Shown: positions 49,726 through 58,638 of the stretch, one piece after another
Numbering within the stretch: the stretch's first letter is position 1
How the letters are laid out: each line of letters opens with the position of its first letter
DNA from: a virus
Taxonomy: Duplodnaviria; Caudoviricetes
Reading direction: 5' to 3' (one strand)
IMG/VR virus record: IMGVR_UViG_3300025809_001850
Length of the DNA: 64,000 nt
Translations under genes and position numbers: made by a program
Notes under the pieces: model-generated
What the model was told of the DNA's origin: nothing
Databases searched by the model: none
Seen by the model: the letters and a program-made list of their open reading frames with translations, nothing else

Positions 49726-50797
49726 CAAAAAAAAGATATTTAGTTTATTTCAGGAGTTTTCAGCTGAACAAAAAGAAGAACTAGATGTAGATCGGAATAT
49801 AAATTCTGATACACTTTTAATTGACGGCATGAACACGTTCATGCGGGTTTGGAGTATGTATCCAACCACGAACGACAATGGTGATCACATCGGTGGATAT
49901 ACCGGGTTTTTAAAAAGCATAGGTCACGCAATTAGATTACGAAAACCGACACGATGTGTTGTCATCTTTGATGGAAAAGGTGGAAGTGCAAGAAGACGCA
50001 AAATCTTTCCCGACTATAAAATGAAAAAGAATGTTCGGTTTCGGGTAAACCGTGCATTAAGTTTAGACTTGGATCAAACTGAAGAATCAAGTTCAATGAA
50101 GTATCAGATAGTTAAATTGATACAATATTTGAATATGCTTCCTGTTACTACTATATGTATGGATAATGTAGAGGCAGATGATGTTATGGCACTTCTCGCA
50201 AGATCATATTTCAGTGGTCTTGGTAAAAAGTGTACTATAATGAGTACAGACAAAGACTTTCTACAACTCGTTGACGAAGACGTAACGGTTTATAGTCCTA
50301 CTAAACGAACAATTTATACTCCTGAAAAAGTTTCGTTGGAGTACGGAATTCATCCAAATAATTTTCTATTATACAGAACCATTGACGGTGATCGTGGAGA
50401 TAACATAGATGGAATGAAAGGTGTAGGTGAAAAAAAACTCAAAACGGCGTTTCCTGAACTTGCAGAAACCACCCCATTGAACAGAGAAGACTTAATAAAA
50501 ATTTCAGAAGATAAACTCAAAGAAATGCCTTTGTACAAAAACTTTTTAAAAGAAGATAATCAACAATTGCTAAAACGAAATTATGATCTAATGCAATTAA
50601 AAGATAGTATTCTTCCTGCGAGTATGCAGACCAAAATCTTTGATCATATTGATTCTTCAGTCACAGAACTTAATAAATTTGAATTTAGTAAAAAGTTCGC
50701 AGAAGATCAACTATGGGCAGCCTTTCCTAATCACCATAACTGGCTTATGGAAACGTGGACCGTTCTAAACAACTATGCAATTACAAGTAATTCGTAG
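49718..50797 (+). CDS. 5'-3' exonuclease (PolI N-terminal / T4 RNase H-like)
   Basis: LLIDGMNTF, FDGKGGSARRRKIFPDYK, VEADDVMA, STDKDFLQL, GDRGDNIDGMKGVGEK; likely start at ATG 49718 overlapping the recA stop. Confidence 0.9.
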   Translation: MSDKKKIFSLFQEFSAEQKEELDVDRNINSDTLLIDGMNTFMRVWSMYPTTNDNGDHIGGYTGFLKSIGHAIRLRKPTRCVVIFDGKGGSARRRKIFPDYKMKKNVRFRVNRALSLDLDQTEESSSMKYQIVKLIQYLNMLPVTTICMDNVEADDVMALLARSYFSGLGKKCTIMSTDKDFLQLVDEDVTVYSPTKRTIYTPEKVSLEYGIHPNNFLLYRTIDGDRGDNIDGMKGVGEKKLKTAFPELAETTPLNREDLIKISEDKLKEMPLYKNFLKEDNQQLLKRNYDLMQLKDSILPASMQTKIFDHIDSSVTELNKFEFSKKFAEDQLWAAFPNHHNWLMETWTVLNNYAITSNS

Positions 50798-50814
50798 TTT
50801 TTTTATAAATAGAC

Positions 50815-50843
50815 TTGATTCATTTGGAATCATCTGATAAAGT
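50815..50843 (+). promoter_or_regulatory. sigma70-like promoter upstream of helicase
   Basis: TTGATT (50815-50820), 17 nt, TAAAGT (50838-50843). Confidence 0.5.
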
Positions 50844-50852
50844 TTATTAAAT

Positions 50853-52268
50853 ATGACGGAGACTAATAATAATAATGTGGACACCCTACAAAAGTTTGGG
50901 ACTGCATTTCAAAGTAAAACAATTCGTGCTTTAATTGATGATAAAAAATTCTTGGATAGAACGCATGATATCATTGAAACGGAGTATTGGGAAAGTGAAG
51001 CACACAAATGGATTGTTGACGAAATTTTAACGCATCATCAAAAATACAAAAAGACTGCAACATTAGATGTATTCAAAATAAAATGTGATGACGTAGGAAT
51101 TGATTCTTTAAAGGCTGCAATTGTAGATCAACTAAGAAATATATTTACACAAGTTGATTTGAATGATACCGAGTTTGTTAAAAACGAATTTTTAGATTTT
51201 TGTAAAAATCAAAAGTTGAAGAATGCAATTATGCAAAGTGTTGACTTTCTTAAAGGTGGTCAATACGATTCAATCAAACGAATTGTTGATGATGCTTTAA
51301 AAGCAGGAACTGCACGTGATATGGGTCACGATTATGCACGTGACATTGAACTTAGAATGTCAGAAACTGCACGTGATACCGTAGGTACGGGATGGGATGT
51401 AATTGATGATTTAACAAACGGAGGTTTGGGACCAGGAGAACTTGGTGTTATTATCAGTAGTGCCGGTGGAGGAAAAAGTTGGTGTTTGGCATCACTTGGA
51501 AAGTCGGCAATGAAAGCAGGTAAAAATGTTTTGCATTATACAATGGAACTTAACGAGTGCTATGTAGGTCTTCGTTATGATAGTTGTTTTACAGGTATTC
51601 CGTTTCAAGATATCGTTGAACATGAAGAAACTGTAAAAAATGTTGTAGCAAACATCAAAGGAAAACTTCTTATTAAAGAATATCCAACAAAAAGTGTAGG
51701 AGTTAGTACAATTCTTGCTCATGCAAGTTTAGCAAATACAATGGGGTATCCCGTTGATATGGTTGTGATTGATTATGCAGATATTTTATCTCCTGGTAAT
51801 CACGGAAATAATGCCAACAGTTATGTTGAGCAAGGAGGAATTTATGAGGATCTCCGAGGCCTTGCGGGCGAACTCGGAGTACCTGTGTGGACTGCATCAC
51901 AAGCAAGTCGTTCATCGTTAGAAGATAATATTATTGAAGCACAAAAAGTTGCGGATAGTTATCGGAAAATAATGACGGCAGATTTTGTGATAAGTTTGTC
52001 TAGAAAAGCAACTGACAAAGTCAGTAGCACAGGTAGATTTCATGTCATTAAAAATCGGTTTGGACCCGATGGTTTGACATTTCCAAGTAGAGTTGACACG
52101 TCTTCGGGTGTTATTGAAATATATGATGAAAAAAGTACAAAGGGTGCGGAAATAATGGTGGAAATGAGTGATTCTGAGAATGGCGCAAAGAATCTACTTA
52201 AATCCAAGTACGACCAAATGAACAGTAAAAAATCATATAATAACGAAGATGTGTCGGATATTGGGTAA
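50853..52268 (+). CDS. dnaB: replicative DnaB/gp41-like helicase
   Basis: GGLGPGELGVIISSAGGGKSW, LHYTMEL, VVIDYADIL, VWTASQASR, ADSYRKIMTAD, IKNRFGPDG. Confidence 0.92.
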   Translation: MTETNNNNVDTLQKFGTAFQSKTIRALIDDKKFLDRTHDIIETEYWESEAHKWIVDEILTHHQKYKKTATLDVFKIKCDDVGIDSLKAAIVDQLRNIFTQVDLNDTEFVKNEFLDFCKNQKLKNAIMQSVDFLKGGQYDSIKRIVDDALKAGTARDMGHDYARDIELRMSETARDTVGTGWDVIDDLTNGGLGPGELGVIISSAGGGKSWCLASLGKSAMKAGKNVLHYTMELNECYVGLRYDSCFTGIPFQDIVEHEETVKNVVANIKGKLLIKEYPTKSVGVSTILAHASLANTMGYPVDMVVIDYADILSPGNHGNNANSYVEQGGIYEDLRGLAGELGVPVWTASQASRSSLEDNIIEAQKVADSYRKIMTADFVISLSRKATDKVSSTGRFHVIKNRFGPDGLTFPSRVDTSSGVIEIYDEKSTKGAEIMVEMSDSENGAKNLLKSKYDQMNSKKSYNNEDVSDIG

Positions 52269-52370
52269 AAAATTTAGTGTAGGTAGTATGTATTTTTACG
52301 AACATTTCGTAGAAATATTTTCTATAATATTAATATAATGTTTATATAAAATTCTAACAAAAGGTTACAA

Positions 52371-54857
52371 GTGAAAGTAAAAAAACGCAACGGACGTCTC
52401 GAAAATTTTAATGTTGATAAAATCAATATGTGTGCAGAGCGTGCGTGTAGAAATCTCGAAAATGTAAGTGCAAGTGAAGTGCTTATTGATGCAAAAATAA
52501 AGTTATACGATAAAGTAACAACCGATGAGATAGACAAATCTCTTATTATGAGTGCCAGGTCTAAAATTGAGTTTGAACCGAATTATACTTATATGGCCGC
52601 ACGGATGCTTCTCAATACAATTTACAAGGAAGTATTTGGTGAGGGAGTAGACAGTGATGCGTTTGAACTTCAGTATCGCAAGAGTTTTATTACAAACATG
52701 AGAAAACTCGTTCGTGAGGAAATCTTAAACGAAGAACTACTTGAAAGTTTTGATTTACGTGAGTTGAGTGATAAACTCAATATAGACCGTGAAAAAGATT
52801 GGAAGTATCTTGGCATACAAACAATTTATGATCGTTATCTTTTGCATATAGAAGGACGTCGCATGGAAACACCGCAGGCAATGTGGATGCGTATTGCAAT
52901 GGGATTGGCACTAAATGAGAAACCGGCCGAACGTCAAGCATACGCATTGAAGTTTTACGAAACACTAAGTCAGTTTGATGTAGTTAGTTCTACACCTACG
53001 TTGTTTAATAGTGGAACAACTCATAGTCAATTAAGCAGTTGTTATCTAAATACATTTGATGATTCCATTGATGGTATCTTTGATGGTATCTGGCAAGAAG
53101 CAAGAAAAAGCAAGTTTGCAGGTGGTCTTGGTTTTGACATCTCAAATTTTCGTGCAAGAGGAAGTTACATCAAAGGAACAAACGGAATCAATCAAGGGCC
53201 GGTTTACTTTTGGAAACTTTACAATGATATGCTCGTTGCAGTAAATCAAGGTGGAAAACGAAAAGGTGCGGGGTGTGCATATCTTGAAACATGGCACGCT
53301 GATATTGAAGACTTTTTAGCATTAAGAAAATCTGTAGGTGACGAACGAATGCGTTGTCACGATATGAATACTGCAAACTGGATTCCTGACTTGTTTATGA
53401 AGCAAGTTGAATCGGATGGTCCTTGGTATTTGTTTAGTCCAAACGAAGTTCCTGAACTTCACGAAACATTTGGTGAAAAATTTGAAAAGATTTATTGGGA
53501 ATATGTGAAAAAAGGTCAAGACGGAGAACTTAGTGTTTTTCGTGAAGTAAAAGCAAAAGACATTTGGAAAAAAATGCTTAAAAGTATCTTTGAAACAGGC
53601 CATCCGTGGGTAACATTTAAAGACCCAAGTAACATTCGGTATAGTAATCAGCACGTAGGAACGGTGCATAGCAGTAATTTGTGTACAGAGATTCTTCTTC
53701 ACACAAAACCAACCATTCACAATGATGATGGAACTCGTTCAGTTAAAGAATACGGAGAAACTGCAACTTGTAATTTAGCAAGTATCAACTTAAAACGTCA
53801 TGTGGGAGTTGATAAGCACGGAGAAAAGTTTATTGATTATGGTAAGTTAGAAAAAAGCACAAAACTTGCAATGCGTATGCTTGATAATGTGATTGATCTT
53901 AATTATTATCCAACCGAAGAAGCACGTAAAAGTAATATGACTCATCGTCCTGTTGGATTAGGAACAATGGGTTGGCATGATATGTTTTATGAGTTTGGTG
54001 TAAATTACGGAAGTGGTGATGCGATTCGTATTAGTGATGAAATTTATGAAAACATTTCCTACTTTGCAATTGAGTCATCATCTGACATGGCAAGGGATCG
54101 TGAAACATATGAATCATATTCAGGAAGTCTGTGGGATCAAGGAAAATTCCCAATAGACACATATTCAGAACTTATGAAACTGCGTGGATCACCAAAGAAA
54201 GTTGATGTAAGAAAAGATTGGACTAAACTTAAAAAGAAAATTGCCAAAAACGGAATGCGTAACAGTAACACAATGGCCATTGCACCAACTGCAACTATTA
54301 GTTACATCGCAGGATGTTCACAGAGCATTGAACCTAACTTCGGAGTTATTTTTGTGTATTCAACATTAAGTGGTGAATTTACCATGATGAACGAATACTT
54401 TGTAAATGATATGAAGTCCGAGGGAATTTGGACAAAAGAACTTGCCAACCTTGTTAAAAGTGTAGACGGAGATTTGAATAAACTAAATGGTTCTATTCCT
54501 CAATGGATAAAAGAAAAATATGTAACTGCGTTTCAACAAGACCAATTTAAACTTATTGATTGTGCAGCTGCACGTCAAAAGTGGATTGATCAAGGACAAA
54601 GTTTAAATCTTTACAACGATAAAAGTAGCATGAAGTTTTTGAATGACATTTATTTTCATGCGTGGAGAAGTGGATTAAAAACAACTTACTATTTGCGTAA
54701 TTTGGCGGCAAGTGCAATTGAAAAATCAACGGGATCAAATGTAGAAGAACACAATGCTGATAATACAGATACAGAAAATTCACAAGAAACCGAAGAACCT
54801 TCGTTGTGTAGTTTGGAAGCAAAAATGCGTGGTGAAACCTGTGAAAGTTGCCAATAG
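52371..54857 (+). CDS. nrdA: ribonucleotide reductase class I alpha subunit with ATP cone
   Basis: GTG start; VKKRNG ATP cone, STPTLFNSGT, QLSSCYL, SNLCTEI, TCNLASINL, LKTTYYLR, C-terminal CESCQ. Confidence 0.97.
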   Translation: MKVKKRNGRLENFNVDKINMCAERACRNLENVSASEVLIDAKIKLYDKVTTDEIDKSLIMSARSKIEFEPNYTYMAARMLLNTIYKEVFGEGVDSDAFELQYRKSFITNMRKLVREEILNEELLESFDLRELSDKLNIDREKDWKYLGIQTIYDRYLLHIEGRRMETPQAMWMRIAMGLALNEKPAERQAYALKFYETLSQFDVVSSTPTLFNSGTTHSQLSSCYLNTFDDSIDGIFDGIWQEARKSKFAGGLGFDISNFRARGSYIKGTNGINQGPVYFWKLYNDMLVAVNQGGKRKGAGCAYLETWHADIEDFLALRKSVGDERMRCHDMNTANWIPDLFMKQVESDGPWYLFSPNEVPELHETFGEKFEKIYWEYVKKGQDGELSVFREVKAKDIWKKMLKSIFETGHPWVTFKDPSNIRYSNQHVGTVHSSNLCTEILLHTKPTIHNDDGTRSVKEYGETATCNLASINLKRHVGVDKHGEKFIDYGKLEKSTKLAMRMLDNVIDLNYYPTEEARKSNMTHRPVGLGTMGWHDMFYEFGVNYGSGDAIRISDEIYENISYFAIESSSDMARDRETYESYSGSLWDQGKFPIDTYSELMKLRGSPKKVDVRKDWTKLKKKIAKNGMRNSNTMAIAPTATISYIAGCSQSIEPNFGVIFVYSTLSGEFTMMNEYFVNDMKSEGIWTKELANLVKSVDGDLNKLNGSIPQWIKEKYVTAFQQDQFKLIDCAAARQKWIDQGQSLNLYNDKSSMKFLNDIYFHAWRSGLKTTYYLRNLAASAIEKSTGSNVEEHNADNTDTENSQETEEPSLCSLEAKMRGETCESCQ

Positions 54858-54867
54858 ACATTAAACA

Positions 54868-54896
54868 TTGACCTAAAAGTGCGTTTGGGTTAATAT
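54868..54896 (+). promoter_or_regulatory. sigma70-like promoter
   Basis: TTGACC (54868-54873), 17 nt, TAATAT (54891-54896); GGAGG RBS before 54939. Confidence 0.6.
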
Positions 54897-54938
54897 ATAT
54901 AAATATATTATTAATCTCATCCAGGAGGATATTTCAAC

Positions 54939-55940
54939 ATGAACGCAAGCAAACTTCTTTTAGTAGTGGCCTTATCGGCAATTTCAATTAACATTTCAAC
55001 AGGAGCACCAAGTGCTAAACAAGTACGAGAAGTTGCAGACCATTTACAAGATGTATCGGTCACTATAAAAGCAAAAGCAAAGTATAGTAGTTCAGAAGGC
55101 TCTGGTGCTATGATCATTCGTGAAGTAGACGGAAAAAAAGTTACGTTTGTTTGGACGGCCGCACACGTTGTTGATAATCTTCGCAAGGTAAGAAGTGTTA
55201 TTGAAGGTGGTAGACCCATTAAAATTGTGGAATTTGAAGATGCATCTATTGTAAAAGAACTCGTAGAAAAAGGCAGACGGGTTGGTGAAATGAAAATGGA
55301 TGCGAAAGTAATCAAATATTCAGATTACAACGATGGTCACGATTTGGCACTTCTTATGGTTCGTGCTACTGATTATGCGAAAGAAGGAGTTGAATTTAAT
55401 TTAAGTGATGCTAATGATGGTATTGTACCAATTGGAACAAGTTTATTTCATGTTGGTTCGTTGCTTGGTCAGATGGGTGCAAACTCAATGACAACTGGTA
55501 TCATTTCTCAAGTAGGAAGAACACTTGATAAATACGAATACGATCAAACAACGGTTACTGCATTCCCAGGAAGTTCAGGAGGTGGAGTTTATTTGCAAAA
55601 TGGAAAGTATGTAGGAATGATTGTTCGTGGAGCAGGAGAAGGATTCAATTTAATGGTTCCTGTTCGTAGAATGAAAGCATGGGCAAAAAAGAATGATATT
55701 ATGTGGGCAATTGATCCAAAGGAAGATATGCCAAGCATGGATGATATCCTTGGAATGCAAATTGAAGACTCTGGAGTTATTCGTAGTGCAGACGATGACG
55801 AGGACGATGAAAAATCAATTCAAAGGCATTTTCCGTTTCGCATTAAAATTCTTCCAAATCAACGAGAACGAAATCCGGAGAGAGTATTAAAACAATTACC
55901 TCTTGAAGATTTCACTCCTAAATTTGAGTTGAAGTATTGA
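54939..55940 (+). CDS. exported trypsin-like serine protease
   Basis: Signal-peptide-like N-terminus; catalytic triad motifs TAAHV, DLALL, PGSSGGG. Confidence 0.88.
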   Translation: MNASKLLLVVALSAISINISTGAPSAKQVREVADHLQDVSVTIKAKAKYSSSEGSGAMIIREVDGKKVTFVWTAAHVVDNLRKVRSVIEGGRPIKIVEFEDASIVKELVEKGRRVGEMKMDAKVIKYSDYNDGHDLALLMVRATDYAKEGVEFNLSDANDGIVPIGTSLFHVGSLLGQMGANSMTTGIISQVGRTLDKYEYDQTTVTAFPGSSGGGVYLQNGKYVGMIVRGAGEGFNLMVPVRRMKAWAKKNDIMWAIDPKEDMPSMDDILGMQIEDSGVIRSADDDEDDEKSIQRHFPFRIKILPNQRERNPERVLKQLPLEDFTPKFELKY

Positions 55941-56410
55941 GACTGATTAGGTCTATTTTAAAGGTTACATTTTTATTTTTATCACCCTTGGTGCTTTATT
56001 GTGCCAAGGGTGATGGGTTTATAAAGGAAGACGATAAAACTTGGATGGACATTATCGATCCAAGATTACAAGCATCATACGAAGCATACGAAAAAGATAA
56101 ACGAGAAAAAGCAAAGTTTTCTAAAGACATTGCAAGATTTGCTACGTTAAAAAAATCACAATTAGATTTGGCAGTAATGGTTCATCAATACGACTTAAAA
56201 GGACCTCATTACGATCCGAATAAATTTGATGAATATACCAAGTGGATGAGAACATACGAAAAAGAAATTTCAATCGCACGGGACAATTATGATGCAGCTG
56301 CTTATGTCTTCTTTTTTGAGGAATTTGTAAAACTTACATTCAATCGTGCAGGTATGATAAATCCCGATTGTAAGATAAAAGATTGCGAATGTGCGACATA
56401 TAAAAATTAA
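55937..56410 (+). CDS. hypothetical protein with N-terminal hydrophobic segment
   Basis: 157 aa; TTG start overlapping the protease stop; Cys-rich tail (CKIKDCECA). Confidence 0.55.
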   Translation: MRLIRSILKVTFLFLSPLVLYCAKGDGFIKEDDKTWMDIIDPRLQASYEAYEKDKREKAKFSKDIARFATLKKSQLDLAVMVHQYDLKGPHYDPNKFDEYTKWMRTYEKEISIARDNYDAAAYVFFFEEFVKLTFNRAGMINPDCKIKDCECATYKN

Positions 56411-56427
56411 AACCAATATTTATAAAG

Positions 56428-56526
56428 ATGGAATGTTTAAAAAAAATAGTCTGTAAAATTAAATGCTTTTTTGTTAAATGTTGCAAAGACAACAAATGTG
56501 AGTGTCTTTGTCACGACAAAAAATAA
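56428..56526 (+). CDS. 32-aa cysteine-rich peptide (metallothionein-like composition)
   Basis: My translation: MECLKKIVCKIKCFFVKCCKDNKCECLCHDKK*; ATATTTAT at 56416-56423; exactly fills the intergenic gap; below the ORF-track size cutoff. Confidence 0.6.
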   Translation: MECLKKIVCKIKCFFVKCCKDNKCECLCHDKK

Positions 56527-56535
56527 TTTAATTAC

Positions 56536-56564
56536 TTTACGTATACAATAAAGTGTGGTATATT
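56536..56564 (+). promoter_or_regulatory. sigma70-like promoter
   Basis: TTTACG, 17 nt, TATATT with TGn extension; AAGGAG RBS at 56577-56582. Confidence 0.45.
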
Positions 56565-56590
56565 GATTCTTTAAATAAGGAGAATTATAT

Positions 56591-56920
56591 ATGAAACATT
56601 TATTGATATTATTATGCGTAACCACCTTTGCATCGTGTGGTATTAAGGATAAGTTACTAAACTCATCTAGTGGTGCGTTTGGAGTACCCAAACAACCACC
56701 ACAAAATACAATAAATGTAGTTGACGGTCCTGTTGTAAATCAACAAGTCCGACCAAACACATCCGATACTAAAATCAAACCAATAATACGACCAGATGCA
56801 CAAACTAATACATCCAATGAACCTTTTGTTAATTGGTATTATGTGCTACCATTTGTTGGTCTTGTTATTCTCGGACTTCTTGTGTATCGTTTAAAACAAC
56901 AAAATTTGAAATCATTATAA
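56591..56920 (+). CDS. putative lipoprotein with C-terminal transmembrane helix
   Basis: MKHLLILLCVTTFASC lipobox-like; P/Q/N/T-rich linker; WYYVLPFVGLVILGLLVYR. Confidence 0.65.
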   Translation: MKHLLILLCVTTFASCGIKDKLLNSSSGAFGVPKQPPQNTINVVDGPVVNQQVRPNTSDTKIKPIIRPDAQTNTSNEPFVNWYYVLPFVGLVILGLLVYRLKQQNLKSL

Positions 56921-56955
56921 ACCTTTTTAACAATTAAATCGTTATATATACTATT

Positions 56956-57963
56956 ATGAAAACTGGTGAACTATTAGGAACAGAATCGGAGGGAGTAAAT
57001 CAAATACTTCCTCATAAACATAAATGGGCTTGGGATCTGTATGAACAGGGTGTCAAAAATAACTGGGTACCAACTGATGTACCAATGACAACTGATGTAC
57101 AAAATTGGAAATCCTCTCCCGATGATGCGTTAAGTGAAGATGAACGTTTGGTTATCAAGAGATGTCTTGGTTTCTTCGCAGGTAGTGAAAGTTTGGTTGC
57201 CAACAACCTTATGACATTATCTCAGTATATTACTGATCCTGAGTGTAGGCAGTATATGGCAAGGCAGATGTATGAAGAGTGTTTACACAACCACACGGTG
57301 GTTTATATATGTGATAGTTTAGACTTGGATATAGGTGAGGTATACGAAGCATATCAAACGGTTCCGTCTATCAAAGCAAAAGATGATTTTCTTATGGAAG
57401 TCACCGGAGGACTCAAATCGGCAAATATTGATACATCTACCATTGAAGGAAAACGGGAGTTGTATAAAGCTGCGTTTACATATTGGATTGTATGTGAAGG
57501 AACATTCTTTTTCAGTGGATTTGCAATGTTACTTGCATTAAGTGACAAGATACCTGGTATCGCAGAACAAATTCAATATACACTTCGTGATGAAAGTATT
57601 CACATCAAATTTGGAACAACTCTGCTGAATAAAATACGAGAACAAAATCCTGATTTAATGACCGACAAGTTTGAAACTGAGTTGACAGAAGTTTTGAAAC
57701 GAGCAGTTGAACTTGAAATTGAATATGCTAAAGATGTATTACCAAGAGGCATTCTTGGATTAAATTCTGAAATGTTTGTTGAGTATATGCAGTTCATTGC
57801 AAATCGTAGATTGGAAAATCTAAATATGAAATATCGTTATGATAGTGATAACAATCCGTTTCCTTGGTTGAGTGAAGTTATTGATATTCGCAAACAAAAG
57901 AACTTTTTTGAAACAAGAGTCATTGATTATCAAGATGAATCTGCATTAGTTGACGATTTTTAA
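56956..57963 (+). CDS. nrdB: ribonucleotide reductase beta subunit, class Ic-like (no radical Tyr)
   Basis: GFFAGSESLVANN (E78), EECLHNHTV (E108, H111, V115), VCEGTFFFSGF, RDESIH, NFFETRVIDY. Confidence 0.93.
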   Translation: MKTGELLGTESEGVNQILPHKHKWAWDLYEQGVKNNWVPTDVPMTTDVQNWKSSPDDALSEDERLVIKRCLGFFAGSESLVANNLMTLSQYITDPECRQYMARQMYEECLHNHTVVYICDSLDLDIGEVYEAYQTVPSIKAKDDFLMEVTGGLKSANIDTSTIEGKRELYKAAFTYWIVCEGTFFFSGFAMLLALSDKIPGIAEQIQYTLRDESIHIKFGTTLLNKIREQNPDLMTDKFETELTEVLKRAVELEIEYAKDVLPRGILGLNSEMFVEYMQFIANRRLENLNMKYRYDSDNNPFPWLSEVIDIRKQKNFFETRVIDYQDESALVDDF

Positions 57964-57987
57964 TTGATATGTACATATATATAGTTA

Positions 57988-58209
57988 GTGGATTACGACC
58001 AAGAGCTATACGAAAACAGTTTATATTATCGTCACGTTGTGGATGAAACCAACGAAATTGATAAGCATAAATGGATTGAATCTGAAAAAGTCGGAGAAGA
58101 TATAGGCAAAGACAAAGCAAGGTGGTCGTGGATATATAATCACAAAAACAATTGGCATTCTCACTGGATTTCAGAAAATCTCGATAGTTTAAACAATAAA
58201 ACAGAATAG
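57988..58209 (+). CDS. small protein with KHKWIESEK.G.DIG motif (DUF4032-like)
   Basis: GTG start; EIDKHKWIESEKVGEDIG. Confidence 0.6.
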   Translation: MDYDQELYENSLYYRHVVDETNEIDKHKWIESEKVGEDIGKDKARWSWIYNHKNNWHSHWISENLDSLNNKTE

Positions 58210-58227
58210 TTTTTATATTTATTCTGT

Positions 58228-58638
58228 ATGGAGAACGATGAAAATATAACAGAACCTTCTGACGAAAAAAGGTTTCTTAGATTTTTACCAACCAATCCGT
58301 TGCGACATCTTAAACTACTTGTAGTAGTTCTATTACATTGGGCAGTTGTAATTGGCAACTTTAGTGCATTTTTTATACTTGCAGTTCAGGGATTAACACC
58401 GATTGGTTATCCTTGGTATGTATGTTTACCTTTATGTTCGTTTATTATATTAATTTCATTTTCAAGAGTATTAGATTGCCCAATGACACGTTATGAAAAT
58501 AAATTAAGAGTGCAGATAGGTAAACCAACTATCAAGGGATTTATTGGTCATTATTTTCTGAAACCGTATGTTCGTAGGAAAATAAGAAAAGCACGTGAGA
58601 TTAGAAAATCAAAAGAGCAAAATGAAAATAAAACTTAA
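58228..58638 (+). CDS. DUF2784-like membrane protein
   Basis: Two hydrophobic helices, then CPMTRYENKLRVQIG...GFIGHY; ATATTTAT at 58215-58222. Confidence 0.65.
   Translation: MENDENITEPSDEKRFLRFLPTNPLRHLKLLVVVLLHWAVVIGNFSAFFILAVQGLTPIGYPWYVCLPLCSFIILISFSRVLDCPMTRYENKLRVQIGKPTIKGFIGHYFLKPYVRRKIRKAREIRKSKEQNENKT

Noticed and set aside
4267-57963. Inteins or group I introns in terL, recA, helicase, nrdA or nrdB
   Set aside because: Lengths are ordinary, conserved motifs are contiguous, and no intein or homing-endonuclease motifs were seen.
142-58621. Several track start codons (142, 39319, 41109, 49679, 58595)
   Set aside because: ORF1 is open from position 1. Downstream ATGs at 39355, 41172, 49718 and 58622 fit gene overlaps and family N-termini better.
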